Shown: positions 44,480 to 56,735 of the stretch, piece by piece
Position numbering within the stretch: the stretch's first letter is position 1
Layout of the letters: each line of letters starts with the position of its first letter
From: Octopus vulgaris
Lineage: Eukaryota
Assembly: GCA_951406725.2 (NCBI GenBank)
Contig: OX597815.1
Coordinates: 80,352,001 to 80,416,000 of the forward strand
Direction: 5' to 3'
Length of the DNA: 64,000 nucleotides
Notes under the pieces: generated by a model
What the model was told of the DNA's origin: nothing
The model's input: only the letters and a program-made list of their open reading frames with translations
The model's database searches: none
Translations under genes and position numbers: made by a program

Positions 44480-45330
44480 CTGTTCCACTTGATTTAGTCT
44501 AAAACTAGCAAACTGGTTTTAAAACTACAACCAGTTTTCTTCTATCACGTCAACTTTTTTGCTGAACAAGAATTCATTTTTTATCAAAATATATCAGTTT
44601 TACCATTAAATGAAACACTGAAATAAGAAACTAACACAAACCAAATAGTACTTTGTGGTGTTTAAGAAATTTATTACACAAAGTGTTTAATTACAAATCA
44701 TAAGATAGATATTTCTGTGAAACAGGAGTTTCCAATAATCAAGGAGTGAACTTTCTTTCTACTGCTTTGCATGAATAACTTGTTCCGTTACAGTCTTTGC
44801 GGAGACCAGCAGTAGTCAGCCATCATGATTATATTCCATCTGCCTTGATACCTAGTCTCCATGGCATTGATATATTGGAGGAATCTTTCTCTTTGCACAT
44901 CTTCTTGCTTATTGCACTATGATTTTTAGGGAAGTGGTCCAAATGATTGTGCAGGAAATTCACTTTTACACTCATGTTGCAGCTCATGTCCGCAAACTGG
45001 TTAACAGGGTTTGCAGAAATTCTCCATAATTTGAAGACTTTCTGCTTTTCAAGAAATCAGACACAACTGCAGCAAAAACATACCATACATTTTTTTTCAA
45101 CGCCGGACATAGTCCACCAAAACTGTTAGTCTGCAATAGCCACCTAATCTGTGGCGCATCAGATACACTAACCTTAATTTTCTCACAAGACAAAGCTGGA
45201 AACTTTCGGCTTAAGCATGTGAAACAGTTGTTGTTTCAGTTTTTAAACGCATGTTTTACATACTAAATGAGATACCCAAGTTTTGTCTTCATCGTTCAGT
45301 TTTATGACAAATTAGTAAGTAAACTTTCTT
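44480..45330 (-). pseudogene. Chapaev-like (CMC superfamily) transposase relic
   Basis: Reverse translation gives EKIKVSVSDAPQIR, MSCNMSVKVNFLHNHLDHFP, ERFLQYINAMETRYQGRWN and MMADYCW, matching the Chapaev3-type motif MSLKxHFLHSHLDxFP..GERFHQD..RYQGxW..MLADYCW. Confidence 0.85.
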
Positions 45331-47546
45331 CATAAAATCTGTGATTTTGTTTCGCTTTCAGTAATAAGGAAAGCGCTCTCGATATCGGTGTGTACAATCA
45401 TATTTATCATATTCGCCTCAGAAATTGTCACGAGAGAATGGTCTCACCGTAGGACTCATGCATTTCTGTGTCGTTGTGCGTTACCCGCTACGGATACTGA
45501 GTCGTCGTTCATACCCACGAAGAACTTGTTGTTCTATTAGAATATCAAATGAGCAAAGTTTTGGGTTTGGTTACGAACAAAGAGGGCTACAATTAAATGA
45601 AACACTGATGACACGCTGTCTGTAGCTGATGATGCGCAACGATGCAGAAACACATGCGTCATATAGTTCGACGTAGCAATGTTTCCCTTGGTATGTGATC
45701 CGTATTTGAAGTATTTGTGCAGTTGTTATTGTTGCTACTGTAGAAGTAAAGCGGGTATTGGAAAAGTTTGCGTAAAAGTGGGGGTAATAAAAATGTTTAA
45801 GTAGCACTAATCTAAAGCATTGAACCTTCAAATTCTCGATATTTATTTAGTCGTATGTGTGCGCACGCGCGCAGGCGTTTGTGTGTGTGTGTGTGTGAAT
45901 TTGAAGCTGTGACTTTAAACAGTCCACTTAGTAACCTAGTTATATGGAAAAGGTCAGAGCAGCATTTTCCGACTGTTTTTCTTGATTCCTCCACTACATA
46001 AGAAAGCATGAAATAGAAAGTCTGAAACAAAAAGTAAAAATTAAGAAAAATATAATGAAAGAAATAAATTTTCCTCTTTCAAATTAACTACTCTCTGCAG
46101 TTCTAAGACACTTTTCCTGGTTCTTTGTGATTACAACGTTAAATATCAACTGTCTTCCATAAGTTGTAAATAATTTAATGCTAGTTTTCATCTACTGCGA
46201 TGCAAGGCTACCATAATTTCCTAAGTTATGAATTATTTAACGCTAATTTTTTCTGTTACTGCTACTGTTCCGTTTTAGAATACTATGATCATTTTTCCAA
46301 TCCTGCATATCCAACCATCAAACATTTCAGGCATCACTTTTGCGCTTGTTTACTTGCTCAGTCTCTGTTCTACTGTTCTCAGAAACTACACAAAGATAAC
46401 TACATCTCTTTCAATCATTGTTTTTTAAGGAAAATATTTATTCGACTTTTCAGTTAGAATAGTTAGCCATGTAAAATTAATTCAAAAACCGACCGCAAGT
46501 TTAGGGAAAAGTTTCCTTTCTTTTCATTTGTTACAATTTTAAATATTAGGTCAAATATTGATTTCGACGGCTAACAAACAAAATTTACAAAACGCACTAA
46601 ACATTTACAATTATCAAAATTTCAGCTTGATTTATTGACATCCAATACAAATAATATCAAAATAATTAGGAAAGAAATGCACAAATATGTAGAGTATTGA
46701 ATTACAAGTCCATAGAACTTTGGTTCTATTCCACTTTAAGATGGGAATAGTAACTGGTTCATCTGATAATTCCAAGTTTTTTGAGACTATTCTAAGACGC
46801 TTTTATCACTCCTCTGCTTATTACCGTATGGAAGTATTGCTGATAAAGGTTAGTGTGTATGACGAAATAGTAACCTGAGTTGTAATGCTCCGGTATCTAT
46901 TGTTTTCGCATGATTAAGACAAACACACCAGAACTTTTTATAATAAACTTTGTGCGGATTTCTCTTCTTAATTTTGTTATCTTTGATTCATAAAGATTTG
47001 AGTTTAATCTCAGTAATTCTGATATTTTGATTTTGATGCAAGCATGACAGTTCCTTATTACTTTACCTCAATGTCACAGTTATGCATCATGAACACGTTT
47101 CCTTTTCGTACCTGAGATTTGGGTCGTTATAAGCCTTGTGTCAGATAGTTAGTAGAATGGGCTGTAGAAGTTCGTCAGATAGATAATACGTATTTAACAC
47201 TAAAATCTAGTGAGTAGTTTCCTTTAACAAAGATCACACTTCTTCAAATGTTCTTCTACTTGGCAAAATCTATTGTGTGAATTACTGCTTACTACTGTAG
47301 CAATCCATGAATCGTGATTTCAACATGTTGGCGCTCCACTTGTTTGTCTCTAAGATTGCATAGAAAAACAAAATCGGCAATTCTCTGCAACTTATTTACA
47401 ATATCTTTGACCCAAGTAAAACTGAGAGCTGTACATTTCGATTATACGTATTGAAACCAGAAAATATAAGCTTTATAGAATTATGTTATACCAATTTTGT
47501 ATATTTGAGTCAATATGAAAAACAATATACTCTTCTGTATATCTAA

Positions 47547-47882
47547 GGCGGCGAGCTGGCAGAAACGTTAGCACGCCGGGCAAAATGTTGAGCGGTATTT
47601 CGTCTGCTGTTACGCTCAAATTCCGCCGAGGTCGACTTTGCCTTTCATCCTTTCGGGGTCGATTAAATAAGTACCAGTTATGCACTGGGTCGATATAATC
47701 GACTTAATCCGTTTGTCAGTCTTTGTTTGTCCTCTCTGTGTTTAGCCCCTTGTGGGTAGTAAAGAAATAGGTATTTCGTCTGTCTTTATGTTTTGAGTTC
47801 AAATTTCGCCGAGGTCGACTTTGCCTTTCATTCTTTCAGGCTCGATAAATTAAGTACCAGTTGTGTACTGGGATTGATCTAG
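47547..47882 (+). mobile_element. SINE family A, composite copy
   Basis: A full monomer with the tagccccttgtgggtagtaaagaaa tail is followed by a second, head-less monomer. Confidence 0.9.
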
Positions 47883-49483
47883 TCTTCTTTCTAGAGTAGA
47901 AATGACTTTTCTGTATATCTGAGATAGTAACGAAAAAAAGGTGGGGGCGATGTGTTTCATGCGAACCTGCGAGATGAAGCATAGTGAAGAGACGAAGAAA
48001 AAGAAGTGTGTTGACTGGACTCTCGTTGAAGAGTATGTAATGATTACTAGATGTGATGGAAAGAAACCATTCTAGATGAGATAGACAGCCGAAAGCAGAA
48101 CGTCGATAAAACTAATGGTATGTTGGCGAGTATTTTCCAGTCTCAGAAGTTTGTGTCTGTGGCAGTCCACAATGCTCCACTGTGAATCGTCTTTCAGCTG
48201 TCTGGAGAGTAAGTAACTAACAGAAATTAAGTATTTTCTTACTGTAACGAGTGATCCTCGTCCTTGTGACTCTATTATAGCGACATCTATACACAGCTAA
48301 ACATCGAGTGTGGTATCTAACGTTTGTAGCAAAAACTCCGATAGGCGTTTGGGAGCTGATTTTAACTTCAGCTGTTACAGGTAATTGGTTGCGGGTCAGC
48401 ACTGATCCAGAAGATGGTTGATATAATGTTTTTGTATCTTTGGTCATCTCGTCCATTTGTTAGTTTGTTTTTCCTTTACTCTCTCTTTTTTTTTTTTTTT
48501 TTTTGGTTTTTGAAGATTACAGCAAGGATGCTTTGTGGCTACATCTTACAAATTCAGTGATCAATTAGACGTTTCCTTATTGCCTTTAATTGTCCACTGC
48601 AATAAGCAAATGTGTGATACACACCTCACAGAATAGACGTATCGAAGATGGCGTTACCGGATGAAGTGGTACCCATTCCCAATTGAGTGCACAATTAGGT
48701 GAGTGTCCATGTAAACGAAGAAATACACTACAATTGAATTGAAGGTCTATGAAGTTGTATTACAGTATAATACTCTCTACATCCGATCGTTTCTCTTCTA
48801 TTGTATTCAAATGGTAATGAATCCAATTGAAAATTTGAAAAGTGTGGTTAATGTTTTTGTACTTTTTGTTTGTTGTGCAGATGACACCGCCAGGAGACGC
48901 AACCATCTCATCGGGGGGTTGTTTTTATAGTCATCATGCTGGTATGAGTTGGCTGGATTTCTTAGCAGATTTGCCAAAGTTATAATTACTGTTGCTGTAA
49001 TTGTTTTATTTTACTTGTTTTCATTTTAACGGTTGTAAGAGAAGAACTATTAAAACGTAGTAGAGCATCAGTTGAATAATTTACTATAATGTACTGCAGC
49101 AATTTATAAGTATGCCCTAGTCTTATAATAGAGTCAAGTTTTGAGTATCTATTCGCATTACCGCATTTATTTATCATGCTTGCTTAAACACAAGGCAGTT
49201 TTAAGACATCCACTAAATCTACACGCGACAGAACGTAATTATTCTACACGCTTTGCCTCTTCATGCATGTTAAGTCAGAATTGCAAGATTCTGAAGCTGT
49301 TGGTCGCTACACGTTGCTCTCACTCTTAGGATTGAGTTATGGATTCTGAGTTTACGACAAGAAATTTATCATTTCCCTCTTTTCTCTGCACGTGAGTAAG
49401 TGTGTTTTATTTTAATTGTAAATGAATTTTTAAAAATAAAGTGTGGTTAATGAAATATTTACTCATATATTTTATAGCGTCGA

Positions 49484-49643
49484 GGCGGCGAGCTGGCAGA
49501 AACGTTAGCACGCCGGGCGAAATGCGTAGCCGTATTTCGTCTGCCGTTACGTTCTGAGTTCAAATTCCGCCGAGGTCGACTTTGCCTTTCACCCTTTCGG
49601 AGTCGATAAATTAAGTTTAGCTCCTTGTGGGTAGTAAAGAAAT
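49484..49643 (+). mobile_element. SINE family A, internally deleted
   Basis: ggcggcgagctggcagaaacgttagcacgccgggcgaaatg..gagttcaaattcc.. Confidence 0.9.
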
Positions 49644-50958
49644 ATATATTTTTTTATAGCGTATGCGATGAAAACAAGTACTCTGGTATACTAATATTTA
49701 CTAAACCATTAACATCTCTCTCCTGGACACTTACCTCTCTTCCTCTCCTCGCCCAAATTATGCGACTGCTTAGACCCTTCACTAATACTACGCATATCAT
49801 TCCACCCCAAACATCTTCCCTCTAAAAATTCCTCCCGGCACATGTTTTTCCTTCATTGTCCCATATGAAGCTATTGAAGAGCTTTAATCTTATACACTTC
49901 TGGGGGCCTACGAAGCCCATAGACACAACATTTTACTCCATATCAAAACAATGACAATATAAATATAGAAACAATAAAAACAACGTGAAAAGTGTGCATA
50001 CCAGTTAAACAAATTGCAGAGGAAGAAGCTGTGCGATGGTGATGATGGTTATTATGACTACGTGGTGGGAGACAGGAGCTGTTGAAAGATGAAATTAGAT
50101 CATTCTGTGCATCAGTAGGGTGCAGCGGTAGGGTGCAGAGGAAGTTTGCAGTGATTGGTGTATGTGTTAATGAATTAACAAAGAAACAAAGCACACCACA
50201 TGCACTTCTTGCAAAGTCATAAAACTAATGTGTACATTAGCGTACGTCATAATTGCTGGTTTGCACCCATCCATCTGTAGAGTGCGGTTTAGTAGGTCTT
50301 GCTTTTGTTTGCTAGGCTCCTGCTGCTATTATTTCTTTAGTTGTTTTATAGTTTTTTTGGGGGCTTTACAGATATCGGGCTCGTTATTGTTGTCGTTATC
50401 ATTGGTATTGTTGTTGTTCGTGATACTACTAGTGCTAGTGGAGGGTTACTGTATTGGTAGTGATATTGATAGTAGGATTCATCATGTTGGTGTGACGTTG
50501 ATGGTGGTGATGGTGATGGTGGTGTTCATATTAGCGATTGTGTTGGTGGTGAGAATATTGATGACCGTGCGCATGGTTTTGGTACGAGTGTTAGTATAAC
50601 AAGAGTAGTGGTCGTTCAGCATTATTCTTCTATGGTGGTGATGATATACAGCAATAAAATATAGTAGGCATTGTGTAGTGTTATTGAAGATGATGACTAT
50701 TGTGGTGGTCTTTGAAGTAGTTAAGCATAAATTTTCTCTGGTGGCACTGTTGGCGGCGGTAGTGGTAGTGGTGGTTTTGTTAATGGTGATATAGCTAGTT
50801 ATATTAATGGAGGAACGGTGATGGATGTAGTATTTACGGTATGTTATTTCCGAGTTGATGATGGTGGTAGAAGTACTTTTATTGGTGGTTCTTGCGATGT
50901 TACACCTTTAGAAGTGGTACTGTTGATAAGCTAATGGTAATATTACTAATGTTACTGA

Positions 50959-51150
50959 AGCGGTAAACTGGCAGAATCGTTTCAGCGCCGGATAAAATGC
51001 TTAGCAGCAGTTCGTCTGACTTTACGTTCTAAATTTTTTGCTTTTCATCCTTACAGGGTCGATAAAATTAAGGTACCAGTTGAATACTGGGGTCGACGTA
51101 ATTGACTTACCTCTCCCCGAAATTGCAGGCCTTTTGCCAAACTTTCAAGC
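50959..51150 (+). mobile_element. SINE family A
   Basis: Head, core and the gaaattgcaggccttttgccaaa tail are present. Confidence 0.8.
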
Positions 51151-52709
51151 CAATATGACTAGCGTTATTTCTAGTTTTATTACTGATGGGTTTTGATGCT
51201 TAACCCTAAGCCACTACTGCACTGCCTTTCAGCTGGTCAAAGGCATTCCAGCCGTGATTATTGCGACAGTCTAGGAGTATCCAGTGGCAGTATTAGTCAC
51301 TATGCCCTTCACTTTCTAAGACTGTAGAGTATGATTTAAGGGAGATTTAACTTCTACTTGTAGGATTTCAAGCGACAACATAAAGGGTTTGTCGTTCGCT
51401 CGTAGCTATTATTTACCTCCTGTTCAATCTTCAGCGAGCAGACCTTCGGGTCAGAGATGCTCCAGCTGTGATCATTTCATCTCTTTGTCAGACATTATAT
51501 TCTAAAACTAAATTATCTCATATATCCTTGATACTCTTTTATAATACCGTGGTGTAACATGAAGGACTATTGGATGTTATTTCAAGCAGATTTCGCTTTT
51601 GTTGTTATGTTGTTACTACAGCTTATTTATAGTAGCGGTGCCCATGAATATTTCATGGAATTAATGGTAAACCTCTTCGGTTATTTCTGAAGACTTTATC
51701 CCCCAAAAAAGCGGGAAGCTTAGCCTTATCTACTACTCATTGAAAAGTGAAAGAAATTGGAATACGTAATGCGCTTTATATATTTTATGCACAATTTGAT
51801 AGACTTAATGCACAGCACTCATAAAATTGAAAGCATTACAATTGCGTTTCCCCTACCATACGTCATGGGCGCTTCTCTCTCTCTTTCTTTTCCTCTCTCC
51901 CGCTTTCCCCTCTCTCTCTCTCTCTCTCTCTCTTATTCTCACCTTTTCTTTATCGCTAAGTAACGTAATGACGGGCTAAGTAACGTAATGACCAGCAGAA
52001 TTATTATGGGATAGATGTAGCAATTATCGTATGGCGGGGCAATGAATGTCATATTGAAGTAACGTTACTTTTGATGTTGCTATATTTTACTCTTTGTGAT
52101 GGCATTCATATTTCCACCGTCATTATTGTTGCTATTGATTTTGTCGATAATGCTGTTATTGTTGCTATGAACATTATTCTAATTGTTGTTGATGCTGAGG
52201 TTATTTTAGATTTTGCTGTTATTACAGATTTAATATGTTTTAGTATGTTTTATGCTTGTTTTCATGTTCAGTCTGTTATTATTTTGCTTAACCTTGGGTC
52301 AGTATCGATTGAGAAGATCAATAACCATGTATTACAGCCATAACCAATTCTGTCTTTTACTGAGACATCGCGAAAAAAAAATGTTTTTCATAATCGTAAA
52401 ATTTAATTATATTTTTACTTTAAAATTAAAAGAAATGTGGTAGTTGTGACTTGCATGCCCTTCTGATAGGCATAAGTTATAATGATCAAAAGTGGAGTAG
52501 CTCCAGACAGGAAATTTGGAGGCAAGAACATTCTCCAAGTGGTGGCAGTGGCACTATATACTTGGCAATACAAGTTACAGACTTCCCAACCACATAATTC
52601 TAGGTTCAGTCCTACCGCGTGTCAACTTGGACAAATGTCTTCTACTATGGCCTCGGGTCGACCAAAGCCATGTGAATGGATTTGGTAGGCTGAAATATAT
52701 ATATATATA

Positions 52710-52972
52710 CAGGGTGCGGTGAATACATTAGCGTCTAAATTACGCAAAAATGAAATTAACACTGACATCTCATTTTAACAGATATATTTACCAAAATTTC
52801 AAACATATTTACAGATATCTTTACAAAAATCTCTTGAAATATTAAATAGTAAATTTATTCAATAAAATCGCCATTGGCTTCAACCATGGACTCCAGGCGA
52901 CTTTGGAATCTCCTGCAATTTTTCTGGACGGTTTAAGTTCGTGAATGCTACCATAATCTTTGCCTTCAGTTC
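52710..52972 (-). mobile_element. Tc1/mariner-superfamily 3' end
   Basis: Terminus TA-cagggtg; reverse translation ELKAKIMVAFTNLN..CRRFQSRLESMVEANGDFIE*. Confidence 0.75.
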
Positions 52973-53083
52973 ATATATATATATTACAAATAAGGGTGAA
53001 AAATTAGATATTAATTTAATGATACCATCAATTTAACACCAAGTGGCTTAGCGCATAAAAAACCAGGGATACAATAAAAAAAT

Positions 53084-53406
53084 TATACATAAATATAAGA
53101 GAGTGACCACTATATGGTCGACTCTAGCGCTAAAAATAGATCCACTATGGTATTAGCCACTAAAAATTGTTTCCAAGGAGAATTAACAAAACATTTAACG
53201 TAAACGAGAAGGGCAAGTGAAAAATAACATTAATAGCGAAACAATTGTCCAGAGTTAATCTATATTTTTGTTATTTTTCACTTGCCCTGCTCGTTTACGT
53301 TAAATGTTGTGTTAATTCTCCTTGGAAACAATTTTTAGTGGCTAATACCATAGCGGATCTATTTTTAGCGCTAGAGTCGACCATATAGTGGTCATTCTCT
53401 TATATT

Positions 53407-53414
<8 letters not shown>
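53084..53414. repeat. Near-perfect inverted repeat, arms about 146 bp, spacer about 39 nt
   Basis: 53084-53229 versus 53269-53414, with only a few mismatches. Confidence 0.92.
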
Positions 53415-53477
<63 letters not shown>

Positions 53478-53986
53478 GTGTGTGTGTGTGTTTGTGTGTG
53501 TATGTATGTATGTATGTGTGTGTATATATGTATTTATGTATGTGTGTATGCGTTGTGTGTGTGTGTGTGAGGGGGGTTCTTTGTGTCTGTGTTGTTCCTC
53601 ACCACTTCTGTTTATATCACCGCAACTAAGTGTTTTGGTAACAGAGATTGATAGAACAAGCACCAGGCTTTAAAAGAAAATATGTTCTAGGTCAATTAGT
53701 TCGACAAAAATTCTTTAAGGTGGTGCCCCTGCTTGGGCGCAGTCTAATGACTGAAACACGTAAAAGAATAAAAGAATATCGGAACTACATTATCTGTTGT
53801 GTTCTTCCGTTTTCTAAAGTGACGATGCATGATTTAAGTCACTTTTGGCAAATCATTCTCACAAATCGAGCGACCATGTACAGAGCCCTTGGGTGGCTGT
53901 ATTAGTATTGGTTACTTGGTGGCGGTGGCAGTAGTGTCTGTAGTGGGCAGTGGTAATTAATGATGGTTAATATTGGTAGTGATGAA

Positions 53987-54093
53987 GGCGGCGAGCTGGC
54001 GGCGATAAAATAGTACCAGTTGAGCACTGAGGTCGATGTAATCGATCAACCACTCCTCTGATTTTGCTGGCCTTGTGCTAAAATTTGAAATCA
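53987..54093 (+). mobile_element. SINE family A, internally deleted
   Basis: The head ggcggcgagctggc is fused to gataaaatagtaccagtt..ggccttgtgctaaaatttgaaa. Confidence 0.75.
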
Positions 54094-54819
54094 ATATTAG
54101 AAGTGATGTTTCTAAAGAAGTGATAGTAGAATAGGTCTTAGTATTGGTGATCGTTTGTTCAAAATAATGGTGACAATCTTCGTGATGCTGGTGATGTAAT
54201 GGTGATATTGTTGTTTGTGGTAGTAATAATGGCGATGGTTACGTTGAGATTAATAATTTTGACAAAAGAATTGATACAGAAAAAATGAGATGGTAATTCT
54301 GTTACCATCGCCATAGTTTAATTCGACGTCGTTGTCGATGTTGTTACATGTCTTCTGGTTGATGCCCTTCTAAATTATACTTCAGCAGACTAGAACCTGG
54401 GAGAGACGATCGTGACAATAGCCTCGGAATGAAGCGATTTAGAGTATAATATTTTCTCTTCTTTTTCTTTCCTCTAAATTTTTCAGTTCATATATGTTTG
54501 CAGTCTACATTATTTCCCATAAAATAAATACCATTTATTTGGTATGAATAGATATTGTCAAACATTCTTCGTGCATGAAATAGTTTCCATATGTATGGAA
54601 TTTCATTGACGGTAAATTTGAATAGGAATATTTTAAAGTGTTGCGTAGTATAGCGTACTATAAACGTTAGATGAGATTAGCTATGATTATGAATGGTAGC
54701 ACCCAATATGTGCATACACGCATGCAAAAGCTTGTATACATGCTTACGTATATGCATACGTATGTATATTTTCCACAAAGACACAAGTGTACACTACACG
54801 CACATACACATTTATCCAT

Positions 54820-54855
<36 letters not shown>

Positions 54856-55278
54856 GTATGTGTGTGCATATGTATCTTATTATCATGTATGCACTTGATT
54901 TTTAACAGAGAAATATGAATTGATATCAGCAGAAGAAAAGACTTAAATTGAATGCCAAAAGCCACCTACATGTTATTTCTTCTTCAACATAATTCTCTGC
55001 TTTCCGTTGATTCGTCAATTATTTAGTGAATAAACAAAGACTAGTATTTACATTGAAGGTGTGATCTAAAAATTGAAATCATGCTGTTCTCATTGAAATA
55101 GAATAAAAAATATATTTAAAATTAAAAGAATGACTGAAGAAGTTTCTTTTAATAACATTCAACAAACGCAAAGATGGAAGCTTAAAAATAATTTACCACA
55201 GTATTTAAGACTTAACATGCTTCGAAGATTCCTCCTTTTCGTCTTCATAACCACTTTATCATCGCCGCTTTCTTTCTT

Positions 55279-55362
<84 letters not shown>

Positions 55363-55480
55363 ATCATCTCTGTTTTAGTTACTAATATCGCTATTGCTAT
55401 CCTTTAATTTATACCCCCCTTATTTTTTAGTCGTTCTCTGGCTTTTGATCTTATGTTATATATATATATATATACACAAA

Positions 55481-56308
55481 TTGAGATAGGGGTTGTAAAT
55501 GAAAACCTCCATGGGATAACATATATCCAATATACTGCTAGTGAAGTACCCAACAAGGTTAATACATAAATGTTAAGCATTGCGATGCAATCAATTCATT
55601 TATTGTATTATATGGGCAAAGGTAAAATGTTTTACCACAAATTCATAATACAAAATAAGAAAATGGAGAAATACATCTAAATCAAATATCAATTACCAGA
55701 TAATACTCAATCACATACTTTATTAAACCACCACATAAGAAACTGTAGGGTTAAACATAAAAAGGTAGAACAAAACAGTGTACATAAAGGAGTGTACATA
55801 AAAAAAGGTAAATAAAAGAGTAATGTTATACAATAAGTAGAATATGTATAAGAGAATATAAATATAAGTAAATATAAATATAAATATAGATTACATCTTA
55901 CAGCTGTTTCGGCCATGTAGATAAGTATGTCTCATTTTACTTATATTAGCCTTTTATGGTTGGTCAATATGTAGTTATAAATGAGACATTTACAAATATA
56001 TCATAAGGCCTCTTCGGAGATTATGCGATATAAATCAGTCTACATATATACCTATATGGGTGTGGGTACATACCCATAATACAACATATACATATACATA
56101 TATACTTATATTTATATTCTCTTATATATATTCTACTTATTGTATAACATTACTCTTTTATTTATCTTTTCTTATGTACACTGTTTTGTTCTACTTTTTT
56201 ATGTTTAACCCTACAGTTTCTTATGTGGTGGTTTAATAAAGTATGTGATTGAGTATCATCTGGTAATTGATATCTGATTTAGATGTATTTCTCCATTTTC
56301 TTATTTTG

Positions 56309-56310
<2 letters not shown>
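55481..56310 (-). mobile_element. Non-autonomous PLE-like element with inverted arm and HHR (55895-56021)
   Basis: Inverted arms at 55649-55875 and 56100-56310. Minus strand: AUCU-CCGAAGA-GGCC...GGCC-GAAA-CAGCUG-UA-AGAU (U4 changed to C). Flanked by (TA)n. Confidence 0.78.
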
Positions 56311-56366
<56 letters not shown>

Positions 56367-56665
56367 GGATTGTGTATAGGGATACATATTATTCAAAGGA
56401 ATTCCAACTCTGTCTGTTTTTTGTTTTATTTATATTCTTTATAATATTAATGTAGAATATAGAATATATAGTATAAATAGTAAAATGAAATGAAGTATTG
56501 ATTGACTTATTGAATAAATGAATATCAAATTGAATATCAAATATTAAGGGAATAGCATACCTTCTTGTATTAAAGCAGTCTTCAAGGTCTCAGGTTGTGA
56601 CAGGAGTGTTTCATATATACACGTTATATATATACATATATATACACACACGTTATTTATATATA

Positions 56666-56700
<35 letters not shown>

Positions 56701-56701
56701 G

Positions 56702-56735
<34 letters not shown>

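Larger units (their letters stand above)
52545..53778 (+). mobile_element. SINE family B split into halves (52545-52695 and 53570-53778) by nested insertions
   Basis: The 5' half ends at the internal (TA)n; the 3' half resumes after the Tc1 and hairpin inserts. Confidence 0.7.

Noticed and set aside
51180-51600. Old dispersed repeat with apparent relatives near 12300-12450, 33710-33770 and 53790-53900
   Set aside because: Too diverged to define boundaries or class by eye.
51955-51992. 18-bp tandem duplication (a similar case lies at 4815-4857)
   Set aside because: Only two units each; these are ordinary local duplications, not an array or CRISPR.
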